Assembly (NCBI GenBank): GCA_048291725.1
Contig: DBEZXW010000076.1
Coordinates: forward strand, 5,733-69,732
DNA: 64,000 nucleotides
DNA from: Collinsella sp.
Lineage (GTDB): Bacteria; Actinomycetota; Coriobacteriia; Coriobacteriales; Coriobacteriaceae
Direction of reading: 5' to 3'
The position numbers were made by a program, and so were the translations under genes. The notes under the pieces were generated by a model. The model was not told where the DNA came from, did not search any database, and saw only the letters and a program-made list of their open reading frames with translations. Every line of letters begins with the position of its first letter. Position 1 is the stretch's first letter. Below are positions 1-8,139 of the stretch, one piece after another.

Positions 1-195
1 CGTCATACCTATCATTTGATAAGCTCTGCAAAACTGCTCGGTATCAACTCCAACGTTTACCGAACGAATCCCCGCAACGAAAGTTAGCATAAAGAAACAT
101 AACGTAATATACAGCTTTGTTCTCTTCTCAGTCTCACGACACAGGACTGCACCAAATAGAGCAATAAAGGTCATTTCAAAAAGATATATCGCCAT
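1..195 (-). CDS. EpsG-family (Wzy-like) polysaccharide polymerase, first 65 codons only; gene runs off the left edge
   Basis: My own reverse translation from the ATG at 195 gives MAIYLFEMTFIALFGAVLCRETEKRTKLYITLCFFMLTFVAGIRSVNVGVDTEQFCRAYQMIGMT. It has a hydrophobic N-terminus and a GIRxxxVGxDT motif typical of EpsG-type polymerases. It is absent from the ORF track because there is no stop codon in the window. Confidence 0.5.
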   Translation of the reverse strand, partial: MAIYLFEMTFIALFGAVLCRETEKRTKLYITLCFFMLTFVAGIRSVNVGVDTEQFCRAYQMIGMT

Positions 196-200
196 ATCTC

Positions 201-1316
201 TTACCTGTACATTCTTTCCCATTTTTCGGAAAAGGTCCCTAAATCAAGCCCGTTATCAATCATAGCGTTTTGACCGAGATCTATTTGAGCCTTATCTTTG
301 TGATGCAATGTGTGAATTTGTTCAGTCCAACGCTTGCCATCAAGAGGCAGTCGCGTTACTAACGCTGGACCGAGCATGAGTACCTCTTCAGTAACGTTCT
401 CAGAAATAATGCAGCGAGTACCGGCAGAAACTCCCTCAAGAATTGTCATCGGAAAACCTTCACCCGGAAGAGACGGAAGTAAAAGACAATCCAAAGACTT
501 CATGATGCAGGCCATATCGTCTCGTCGACCAATGAAAGAAGTATTTAGAAGCCCGTATTCAGCTGCCTTTTCTTGAATCTTGTTAAGGCTTGAACCCTCT
601 CCGACAAAAACGAAAAAGTATTTATCGGAATTCTTTAAATTCCTTGCAAGGTCAAGCGTAAACAGCTGATTTTTCATACTGCTAAACCTTGCCACTTGAC
701 CAATTAGAATCGCGTCAGAAGGACAGCCGATTTCATTTCGAAAAGATTTACAGTCTTTATTCGAAACTGAATCCGAGGCAGACACATCAACCCCGTTATA
801 AAGCAATCTATAAGGATTATCTTTAAATAGAAAATCCCCTGCAGCACGACTGCACGCGACTAGGAGGCTGGAATTCTGTACGCACTCTTTTCTAAGCGGA
901 GATTCAAGGACAGCACGCTGGGCAAAACTTGTTCTTCGTTGTATTGCACCTACATGAGAATGACAAATCCTCTTCGGAATCCCCAGTTTTTTTGCCGCTT
1001 TTAGAGCCAAGCCAGACTGAAGAGAAGTGTGTGCATGAAATACATCGTAATTGGTATCAAGACTTCGAATTGCATTTTCAACAGCAATGGAATACTTGAA
1101 CTTTAGTTTTCGAAAATCGCCATCAAGAACCACGACCCTATGGCCTTCGTTGCGCAGCGACTCAACAAAAGAAACATCACAGCCACTATGGGTAAGAAAA
1201 TCGACATCAATTGAGTCATCCTTAAAACCGTGTATAGCATTCATAATTGCAGTCGTGTCACCACCGCAGCCAAGGTGGCCAACCAACTGAAGTACTTTTG
1301 TGCGTTCGAAACCCAA
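201..1316 (-). CDS. Glycosyltransferase family 4 (GT-B, group 1)
   Basis: 371-aa ORF. The C-terminal PSLPGEGFPMTILEGVSAGT matches the E-x7-E GT4 signature. AT-rich, and sits in a polysaccharide gene context. Confidence 0.8.
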   Translation of the reverse strand: MGFERTKVLQLVGHLGCGGDTTAIMNAIHGFKDDSIDVDFLTHSGCDVSFVESLRNEGHRVVVLDGDFRKLKFKYSIAVENAIRSLDTNYDVFHAHTSLQSGLALKAAKKLGIPKRICHSHVGAIQRRTSFAQRAVLESPLRKECVQNSSLLVACSRAAGDFLFKDNPYRLLYNGVDVSASDSVSNKDCKSFRNEIGCPSDAILIGQVARFSSMKNQLFTLDLARNLKNSDKYFFVFVGEGSSLNKIQEKAAEYGLLNTSFIGRRDDMACIMKSLDCLLLPSLPGEGFPMTILEGVSAGTRCIISENVTEEVLMLGPALVTRLPLDGKRWTEQIHTLHHKDKAQIDLGQNAMIDNGLDLGTFSEKWERMYR

Positions 1317-1367
1317 GCGAACCTCTTCCTACTTCTGGCGCAACATACCCAAAACAAATCAATTGGG

Positions 1368-2639
1368 CTAGTCCCGCTTAAACAGATCCCTCGTGTACAC
1401 CTTGTCCGCCACGTCCGCGAGCTCGTCGCTCCAGCGGTTGGCCACGATCACGTCGCAGCCGGCCTTGAAGGCCTCCAGGTCGTGGGTCACCTCGGAGCCG
1501 AAGAACTCCGGCGCGTCCAGCGTGGGCTCGTAGACCACCACGGGCACGCCCTTGGCCTTCACGCGCTTCATGACGCCCTGGATGGAGCTCGCGCGGAAGT
1601 TGTCGGAGTTGGACTTCATCGTCAGGCGGTAGACGCCCACGACCGGCTTCGGCTTGCCCTCGTACACGCGGTCCCACACCATCTGCAGCACCTCGTCGGC
1701 CACGAAGTCCTTGCGGGTGCAGTTGGCGTCCACGATGGCCTCGATCAGGTTCTGGGGCACATCCTTGTAGTTGGCCAGCAGCTGCTTGGTGTCCTTGGGC
1801 AGGCAGTAGCCGCCGTAGCCGAAGCTGGGGTTGTTGTAGTGGCTGCCGATGCGCGGCTCCAGGCACACGCCGTCGATGACGTCGCGGGTATTGAGGCCGC
1901 GGACCTCGCAGTAGGTGTCGAGCTCGTTGAAGTAGGCCACGCGCAGCGCCAGGTAGGTGTTGGCGAAGAGCTTTACGGCCTCGGCCTCGGTGGTGCCCAG
2001 CACGAGCTCCGGGATGCCCTTGGAGCCGTCGGCGTTCACGCGCTCCAGCTCGGCGGGATCGGCACCCTGCGCGAGCAGGCCGGCGAAGCGCTCGGCAGCC
2101 GCGACGGCCTCGGGGTCGTCCTTCGGCACGCCCACCACGATGCGGCTGGGGTGCAGGTTGTCGCAGAGGGCCTTGCTCTCGCGCAGGAACTCCGGGCTGA
2201 AGAAGATCTTGCTGTCGCCCAGCCTCTCACGCAGGCCCGCAGTATAGCCGACGGGAATCGTCGACTTGATGACGATCCAGGCGTCCGGGTTCACCGAGCG
2301 AATGGCGGCGATGGCGGCCTCGACGGAGGAAGTGTCGAAGAAGTTCCTATCGCTGTCGTAGTTGGTGGGCGTGGCGATGACGGCGTAGTCGGCGCCTGTG
2401 TATGCCTCTGCAACGTCGACCGTGGCGTGCAGGTCGAGCTGGCGCTCCCCCGCCTTGGCCTCCGCCAGGAAGCGCTCGATCTCGTCGTCCTGGATGGGCG
2501 ATATGTAGTTGTTGATCTTCTCGACCTTTTCGGGCACGATGTCCAACGCGTGGACCTCGTTGTGCTGCGAGAGCAGGACGGCGAGGGACAGGCCGACGTA
2601 GCCGGTACCGGCGACGGCAATTTTTAATTTTTCAGTCAT
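1368..2639 (-). CDS. ugd: UDP-glucose 6-dehydrogenase
   Basis: 423 aa. N-terminal Rossmann motif [13 protein letters not shown] and the catalytic region [10 protein letters not shown] are characteristic of the Ugd/UDPGDH family. Confidence 0.9.
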   Translation of the reverse strand: MTEKLKIAVAGTGYVGLSLAVLLSQHNEVHALDIVPEKVEKINNYISPIQDDEIERFLAEAKAGERQLDLHATVDVAEAYTGADYAVIATPTNYDSDRNFFDTSSVEAAIAAIRSVNPDAWIVIKSTIPVGYTAGLRERLGDSKIFFSPEFLRESKALCDNLHPSRIVVGVPKDDPEAVAAAERFAGLLAQGADPAELERVNADGSKGIPELVLGTTEAEAVKLFANTYLALRVAYFNELDTYCEVRGLNTRDVIDGVCLEPRIGSHYNNPSFGYGGYCLPKDTKQLLANYKDVPQNLIEAIVDANCTRKDFVADEVLQMVWDRVYEGKPKPVVGVYRLTMKSNSDNFRASSIQGVMKRVKAKGVPVVVYEPTLDAPEFFGSEVTHDLEAFKAGCDVIVANRWSDELADVADKVYTRDLFKRD

Positions 2640-2700
2640 AAAACGACTCCTCAGAAGAATTGAAGTTACGGTTCATAACTCGTTGCTAAGATTTACTTTT

Positions 2701-3609
2701 CTAAGATTTACTTTTCCTAAAGAATCCAAATGCTTCGGTAACGCAGGCACTCGGCGACGCAAAGAAAGCCTTGATCGCGTAGCCGAACGCATCCATATAT
2801 CGTCGGCTACGCTTCATTGCAAATGCCAGGACGGCGTTATGTCGAAACTCTATATAGTTAATATCTTTCTTATCGAGCTGTGGGTAATAACTTTGAACGA
2901 CTTTGTGTCTCGCCACTTCGCCTTCGATCTTGTTGTTTCCCAGGGAAAGGCGCTCGCCAGAATGCAAATACTGATGCACGTGGACTTCTGGCATATAGCC
3001 AATATGCGCACCGGCTTCAATACAACGAAGCATTAGCCACCAGTCTTGGCCCGTAGCAACTTCGCCGAATCCCTCGGTCACGTCAAACAGACTCTTCTTT
3101 AGCATGTAGATTGATGTGGGTGCTATTGGCGTTAATAGATGTGCTCTGAGCAAACCCTGTTTTGAGAAATCATCACAATGATTGAGCCGGCGATGCTCCA
3201 CGAGTTTACCTGACTCGTTATACCAAGAGACATCCTGCCAGCACATATCGAGGCCATTTTCCAGCATATAGACAAGCTGCGTTTCGACCTTATCTGAGAG
3301 AAACTCATCATCATCATCAAGAAATGCCAGGTAATCGCCCATCGCTTGACGACATGCATAATTACGCGCGGAACCCCCGCCCGTACGACCAGCAGTATGG
3401 ATAGTCCTTAGACGCGAATCTTCGTATGCTGAAAGTACTTTGTTTGTTTCCTTGTCCCACTCGGAATTCACTTCATTATCGTTAACGACAATAATTTCCA
3501 GGTTCTTATATGACTGATTCGAAATAGAACTTAAAGCTTTTGCCAGCCGATCTGCCCTTTTATAGGTTGGGACAATAACGCTAACCAGAGGTCCATTCTC
3601 AATAGCCAT
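2701..3609 (-). CDS. Glycosyltransferase family 2
   Basis: 302 aa. The N-terminal VSVIVPTYKRADRL and the DDDDE motif are typical of GT2 (GT-A fold). Confidence 0.85.
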   Translation of the reverse strand: MAIENGPLVSVIVPTYKRADRLAKALSSISNQSYKNLEIIVVNDNEVNSEWDKETNKVLSAYEDSRLRTIHTAGRTGGGSARNYACRQAMGDYLAFLDDDDEFLSDKVETQLVYMLENGLDMCWQDVSWYNESGKLVEHRRLNHCDDFSKQGLLRAHLLTPIAPTSIYMLKKSLFDVTEGFGEVATGQDWWLMLRCIEAGAHIGYMPEVHVHQYLHSGERLSLGNNKIEGEVARHKVVQSYYPQLDKKDINYIEFRHNAVLAFAMKRSRRYMDAFGYAIKAFFASPSACVTEAFGFFRKSKS

Positions 3610-4323
3610 CTATCGCCCCGTCCTCTTCTTGCCAAACATGGCACCAAAAGTGCCTGTGAAGCACTTCCAGTCCATACGAAAGCAGCGATTGCGCACGTAA
3701 TGAAGTTCAATTATTTGACGCAGTCCGCTCTCGAAGGTCGCAGCGTTGCGGTCAGTCGCCTGCCACAGGCCCGTAATGCCGGGCTGGACAGAAAGCAGTT
3801 CAGCCTTTTCCTCATCTGAAAAGTGCTGCTCAAGTTCGTCTCTTGTAATGGGGCGAGGTCCGATGACGGAAAGGTCGCCGTTCAGCACGCTCAGGAACTG
3901 CGGAATCTCATCAATGGAGCACTTGCGGATGAACTGACCGATTTTGGTAATGCGAGGATCATCGTCGACCTTGCGCTCGACTTCCCACTGATGTAGCTGC
4001 TCAGGGCTCAGATACTTCTGTACATCGCCAGCGTCGGCGACCATGCTGCGAAGCTTAAGGATCTTGATAGTCTTGCCGCCCTTGCCGACGCGCTCCTGTT
4101 CGTACAGCGGATTTCCGGGAGATTCAAGGGAAATAAACGCGCAAACAATAGCCACTGGAATTATCAGCACCACGCTCACACAAAGGCTGAACACAAAATC
4201 GAACAGTCTCTTCAAGAAACGGTAGGCCAGCGTACCGCTCGGTTGTATCTTCTGAATTGCTAGCTTCTCCCCCATGGATGCGCTGCTTTCAGTCTTCTCT
4301 TCAACAGTCAAGTTCAAATCCAC
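3610..4323 (-). CDS. Priming sugar-phosphate transferase (bacterial sugar transferase family, WbaP/EpsL-like)
   Basis: 237 aa. One TM segment is followed by KILKLRSM ... DEIPQFLSVLNGDLSVIGPRP ... PGITGLWQ, which are the canonical bacterial sugar transferase motifs. Confidence 0.85.
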   Translation of the reverse strand: MDLNLTVEEKTESSASMGEKLAIQKIQPSGTLAYRFLKRLFDFVFSLCVSVVLIIPVAIVCAFISLESPGNPLYEQERVGKGGKTIKILKLRSMVADAGDVQKYLSPEQLHQWEVERKVDDDPRITKIGQFIRKCSIDEIPQFLSVLNGDLSVIGPRPITRDELEQHFSDEEKAELLSVQPGITGLWQATDRNAATFESGLRQIIELHYVRNRCFRMDWKCFTGTFGAMFGKKRTGR

Positions 4324-4392
4324 GTCCCTGTCCTCAGGGATCCCCCCATCGATGAATTCAAATTGCGAATGAATTGCCAGTAAGACGTCCCC

Positions 4393-4983
4393 TTACGTCT
4401 TACTGGGCACGTCGAGCGGAAGAACTTCCCTAAAGCGGGAATCGCCCTCGCCCACGTCTACCAAGCACCAGCGTTTGCGACGATCAATCTTGTGCACACG
4501 GGCCTCTTGCCCCACAAGTGGACCCTGCTCTATGTGCAACACGCCGCCTTCTATGCGCGCAACGCTGTTGCGCACCACGCCGTCGTCGTCCAGCACGCTG
4601 CGGTACCAATCCTGCGCGTCGTCCGGCATGGGCATGTACGCCCGCTCCCTACTGCCGGCGATGCGACAGCCAAAGCTCAACTGGGCCAAAGCCCTGTCGA
4701 GCGCGGCGGCATCGTGCGTGGCGACGAAGAAATATTCCTTGTACATAGGTTTGGTTTGGAGCGACCATGCGCCGTCCCGCTTAAACCAGAACTCCTTTTG
4801 CATCACAAAAGCGTCCTGCATCAGCTCGTGCGGGATAATGCAACGGACCTTTTCGCAGGTCTCGCGCTCTTTTCCATTGGGGGAGTGAACCAGATACCAG
4901 CGGACGCGGCCATGCTGGCTGTTGGTGGTGACGCTGTTAAATGCGCCTGGCAGCTGCTCTTGGCGCCGTGCCGTCTGTTCCAT
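4393..4983 (-). CDS. NusG-paralog transcription antiterminator (LoaP/UpxY-like), first gene of the polysaccharide locus
   Basis: NGN-like segment RWYLVHSPNGKERETCEKV...YFFV and KOW-like segment GPLVGQEARVHKIDRRKRWCLVDV. I place the start at the ATG at 4983 (MEQTARR), preceded by a G-rich SD. The track ORF extends to a TTG at 5076. Confidence 0.7.
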   Translation of the reverse strand: MEQTARRQEQLPGAFNSVTTNSQHGRVRWYLVHSPNGKERETCEKVRCIIPHELMQDAFVMQKEFWFKRDGAWSLQTKPMYKEYFFVATHDAAALDRALAQLSFGCRIAGSRERAYMPMPDDAQDWYRSVLDDDGVVRNSVARIEGGVLHIEQGPLVGQEARVHKIDRRKRWCLVDVGEGDSRFREVLPLDVPSKT

Positions 4984-5254
4984 GTTCTCGCCCCCCCCCT
5001 CTTTTGGCTTTGCGATGCACGCAAATGCAGGAGCGTTTAGAACAGGCTTCTCGCTCGCAGCTAGGCGCAGTTGCAAAAGTACAGGTTTTTGTATCTTTCG
5101 ACAGACCTCATTATACGAGCAATTAATCAGCGTTTGCCCAGATTACGCAAAATGTACTGCTAGTAGGTACATCTCCATACTCCTCTATAAAAACCTGTAC
5201 CTTTTTGTGCAACAAAAAAAGCTGCTCAACCAGCGGCTTTTCTTATTTCGGCAT

Positions 5255-5292
5255 AAAAAAAGGCGACCGCCCTTTATGGACGGTCGCCTTTG
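5255..5292 (-). terminator. Rho-independent terminator downstream of thrS (bidirectional shape)
   Basis: GGCGACCG (5262-5269) pairs with CGGTCGCC (5281-5288). The flanking A7 run reads as a U-tract on the minus strand. Confidence 0.7.
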
Positions 5293-5313
5293 TTAATTGT
5301 TGTAAAGCTTGCC

Positions 5314-7077
5314 TTAGGCGCGGGTCTTGATCTCCTCGAGCACCTTCGCAACAAACTCGTCGACGCTCATCTGAACAGTCTCGTTGGAGCGATCGCGGAC
5401 GGAGATGTTGCCGGCCTCGACCTCCTTCTCGCCCAGAATGAGCATGTAGGGCACGCGGTCGATGCTGCGGGCCTCGCGGATCTTGTAGCCGATCTTCTCG
5501 TCGCGGTCGTCGCAGACCACGCGGATGCCGGCCTCCTCCAGCTTGGCGCACACCTCGTGGGCGTAGTCGCGGCTCTTCTCAGAGACGGGAAGCGCCTTGA
5601 CCTGCACGGGGGCAAGCCAGGTGGGGAACTTGCCCGCAAAGTGCTCGATCAGAATGCCGATAAAGCGCTCGATGGAGCCAAAGCACACGCGATGCAGCAT
5701 GATGGGGCGCTTCTTGGTGCCGTCGGCGTCCACGTACTCCAGGTCAAAGTTGAGCGGCATCTGGAAGTCGAGCTGGACGGTACCGCACTGCCAGGTACGG
5801 CCGAGCGAGTCCTCCAAGTGGAAGTCGATCTTGGGGCCGTAGAAGGCGCCGTCGCCCTCGTTGACCTCGTAGTCCATGCCTAGCTGCTCCAGAGCGGTGC
5901 GCAGGCCCTCCTCGGCGCGAGCCCAGTCCTCGTCAGAACCCATGGAGTCCTCGGGACGGGTGGAAAGCTCGACGTGATACTTAAAGCCAAACTTCTGGTA
6001 CACGGAGTCGATGAGGTTGACCACGCCCACGATCTCGTCGGTTAGCTGGTCGGGGCGCACAAACAGGTGGGCGTCGTCCTGGTTAAAGCAGCGCACGCGG
6101 AACAGGCCGTGCAAGGCGCCGCGCAGCTCGTGGCGGTGCACCAGGCCAATCTCGCCGGCGCGGATGGGCAGTTCGCGATAGGAGTGCGGCTTGGAGGCAT
6201 ACACCAGCACGCCGCCCGGGCAGTTCATGGGCTTAATGCAGTACTCTTCGTCGTCGATGACGGTGGAGTACATGTTGTCCTTGTAGTGGTCCCAGTGGCC
6301 CGAGGTCTTCCACAGCTGCTTGTTCATGATGAGCGGCGTGGAGATCTCCACGTAGCCGGCCTTGTGGTGGATCTCGCGCCAGTAGTCCAGCAGCGTGTTC
6401 TTAAGGATCATGCCGTTGGGCAGGAAGAACGGGAAGCCGGGGGCCTCGTCGCGCATCATAAAGAGGTCCATCTCGCGGCCGATCTTGCGGTGGTCGCGCT
6501 TCTTGGCCTCCTCCAGCATGTGCATGTGCTCGTCGAGCTCTTCCTTGGTGGCAAAGGCGACACCGTTGATGCGGGTGAGCATCTTGTTGTCCTTGTCGCC
6601 CTTCCAGTAGGCGCCCGAGACGCCGGTGAGCTTAAAGGCCTTGAGGGCCTTGGTGTAGCAGATGTGGGGGCCGACGCACATGTCGATGTAGTCGCCCTGC
6701 TGGTAGAAGGTGATGCGGGCGTCGTCGTCCAGGTCGCCGATGTGCTCGACCTTGTACTTCTCGCCGCGCTCCTCCATAAGGGCGATGGCCTCGGCGCGGG
6801 GCTTCTCGTACACGGTGAACTTGAGGTTCTCCTTGACGATCTTTTTCATCTCGGCCTCGATCGCGGGGAAGTCGTCCTCGCTGATCTTGACGCCCTCGGG
6901 CAGGTCGACGTCGTAGTAGAAGCCGTTGTCGGTCGCGGGACCGTAGGCAAAGTCGGCCTGGGGGTAGAGGCGCTTGATGGCCTGCGCCATGATGTGCGCG
7001 GCGGAGTGGCGGATGACGTGCGTGACCTCGTCCTGCGGGAGCTCGGCCACCGAACCGTCATTGTAGAGTGCCTTCAT
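5314..7077 (-). CDS. thrS: Threonine--tRNA ligase
   Basis: Full-length ThrRS similarity (TGS, second additional domain, class II core, anticodon-binding domain). Start chosen at the ATG at 7077 (MKALYNDGS), preceded by GAGAGGAGAA. The longer track ORF start at 7188 is unlikely. Confidence 0.95.
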   Translation of the reverse strand: MKALYNDGSVAELPQDEVTHVIRHSAAHIMAQAIKRLYPQADFAYGPATDNGFYYDVDLPEGVKISEDDFPAIEAEMKKIVKENLKFTVYEKPRAEAIALMEERGEKYKVEHIGDLDDDARITFYQQGDYIDMCVGPHICYTKALKAFKLTGVSGAYWKGDKDNKMLTRINGVAFATKEELDEHMHMLEEAKKRDHRKIGREMDLFMMRDEAPGFPFFLPNGMILKNTLLDYWREIHHKAGYVEISTPLIMNKQLWKTSGHWDHYKDNMYSTVIDDEEYCIKPMNCPGGVLVYASKPHSYRELPIRAGEIGLVHRHELRGALHGLFRVRCFNQDDAHLFVRPDQLTDEIVGVVNLIDSVYQKFGFKYHVELSTRPEDSMGSDEDWARAEEGLRTALEQLGMDYEVNEGDGAFYGPKIDFHLEDSLGRTWQCGTVQLDFQMPLNFDLEYVDADGTKKRPIMLHRVCFGSIERFIGILIEHFAGKFPTWLAPVQVKALPVSEKSRDYAHEVCAKLEEAGIRVVCDDRDEKIGYKIREARSIDRVPYMLILGEKEVEAGNISVRDRSNETVQMSVDEFVAKVLEEIKTRA

Positions 7078-7147
7078 GGGTATGTTTTCTCCTCTCGGAT
7101 GCCTGATGCAAGTGCGTGCGATGCGCTCGGCGTTTTTGACTTGCATC

Positions 7148-7175
7148 ATTATAGGCAGGTTGCCTTGGTATACAA
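7148..7175 (-). promoter_or_regulatory. Candidate sigma-70-type promoter of thrS
   Basis: On the minus strand: TTGTAT (7170-7175), a 16-nt spacer, then TATAAT (7148-7153), about 70 nt upstream of the thrS ATG. It follows a hairpin that probably terminates the upstream gene. Confidence 0.5.
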
Positions 7176-7302
7176 GCGCCCGCCGCACCTTAATGGCACG
7201 GCGGGCGATTTTCTACGCATGCTTCATCGTGTGGGCGGGGCTACGGGGCGCGCGTGGCTTACGGCGTGCCTGTTGCTTGCGGCCGGCCCGGCGATGGATG
7301 CG

Positions 7303-7734
7303 TTACTGGATGCGAGTTCGGCAGTAGGGGCAGACCTTCCAGTGCGCATCGAGCGGGCGATGGCAGCTGGGGCAGACGTTGCGAACCTGGGTGTCGCACA
7401 CCGGGCAGACGACGAAGTCCTTCTCGATGGGCGCGCCGCACTGCGGGCAGGTGCCGTACTGGGCAAGCTGGCGCTCGCGCAGGGCCATGTCCAGCTCCTG
7501 CTCCTCGCGGTCGGACGCGTAGGAGTGCGGGCGCAGGACCAGGTAGGCAATGAGGCCTACGAACGGGATGAGGGCGATGATGCCCCATGCCACGTAGGCG
7601 CTGGCGCCGCGGCGGCGAGCGTCGATGAACACATAAACGACCGACAGCACATACAGGGCGATGATGAAGCCAACGAAGGCATAGACGACGCCCATAAGCT
7701 GCGGCGACATGAGCTCGGAGATGTACTTGGACAT
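7303..7734 (-). CDS. Membrane protein with PLD-N-terminal-like TM hairpin and C-terminal double zinc ribbon
   Basis: Two TM helices (VVYVFIDARRRGASAYVAWGIIALIPFVG) are followed by CPQCGAP...CPVCDT...CPSCHRP...CPYC. Start taken at the ATG at 7734 (MSKYISEL). Confidence 0.6.
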   Translation of the reverse strand: MSKYISELMSPQLMGVVYAFVGFIIALYVLSVVYVFIDARRRGASAYVAWGIIALIPFVGLIAYLVLRPHSYASDREEQELDMALRERQLAQYGTCPQCGAPIEKDFVVCPVCDTQVRNVCPSCHRPLDAHWKVCPYCRTRIQ

Positions 7735-7834
7735 TACGGGTACCTTTCGGAATATTAACAGTTCGGTAAAGTTTACCACGGGGTTTGTTTATATGGGACC
7801 ACGGCTAGGGGCGGGGCTGGCGCGGACACAAACA

Positions 7835-7970
7835 TCTCAATCTGTAACAGGTGGGAGTTGAATTCTCTTCTAACTGTTACAGATTGAGACAAAGGAAAAC
7901 GTCCAGACAGAATGTCTCAATCTGTAACATCTAGAACCCAAATCCTCGTCTAACTGTTACAGATCGAGAC
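7835..7970. repeat. Two tandem copies of a ~56-nt hairpin element (16-bp arms TCTCAATCTGTAACAG / CTGTTACAGATTGAGA)
   Basis: Copy 1 arms are 7835-7850 and 7874-7889. Copy 2 arms are 7914-7929 and 7955-7970, with one mismatch. Loops are 22-25 nt and not conserved. Confidence 0.8.
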
Positions 7971-7989
7971 GAACGGTTGCCGTAGCTGT

Positions 7990-8035
7990 CGGCAGACGAG
8001 GTTATCGACGTTACAGAGTCTCCCCTCGTCTGCCG
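7990..8035. repeat. Third, unrelated hairpin in the same divergent intergenic region
   Basis: CGGCAGACGAGG (7990-8001) pairs with CCTCGTCTGCCG (8024-8035); 22-nt loop. Confidence 0.7.
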
Positions 8036-8139
8036 TTGGCGGGTGTTGCGGGGCTGTTCGCCGCATTGCCGCCGCACTGGGGGCGTACAGACCGTAGGAT
8101 GGTTTTATTGACGGCCTGTCAACTTGTCTGGGAGGCACC

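Noticed and set aside
7105-7147. thrS operator-like leader hairpin (GATGCAAGT ... ACTTGCATC), as in E. coli ThrRS autoregulation.
   Set aside because: The 5-prime arm begins immediately after the predicted -10 box, so the transcription start probably falls inside it. I recognised no anticodon-arm mimic.
7835-7970. Mini CRISPR array (repeated 16-mers with spacers).
   Set aside because: The repeats are inverted pairs forming two hairpins, not direct repeats separated by unique spacers. There are only two units, and no cas genes are in the window.
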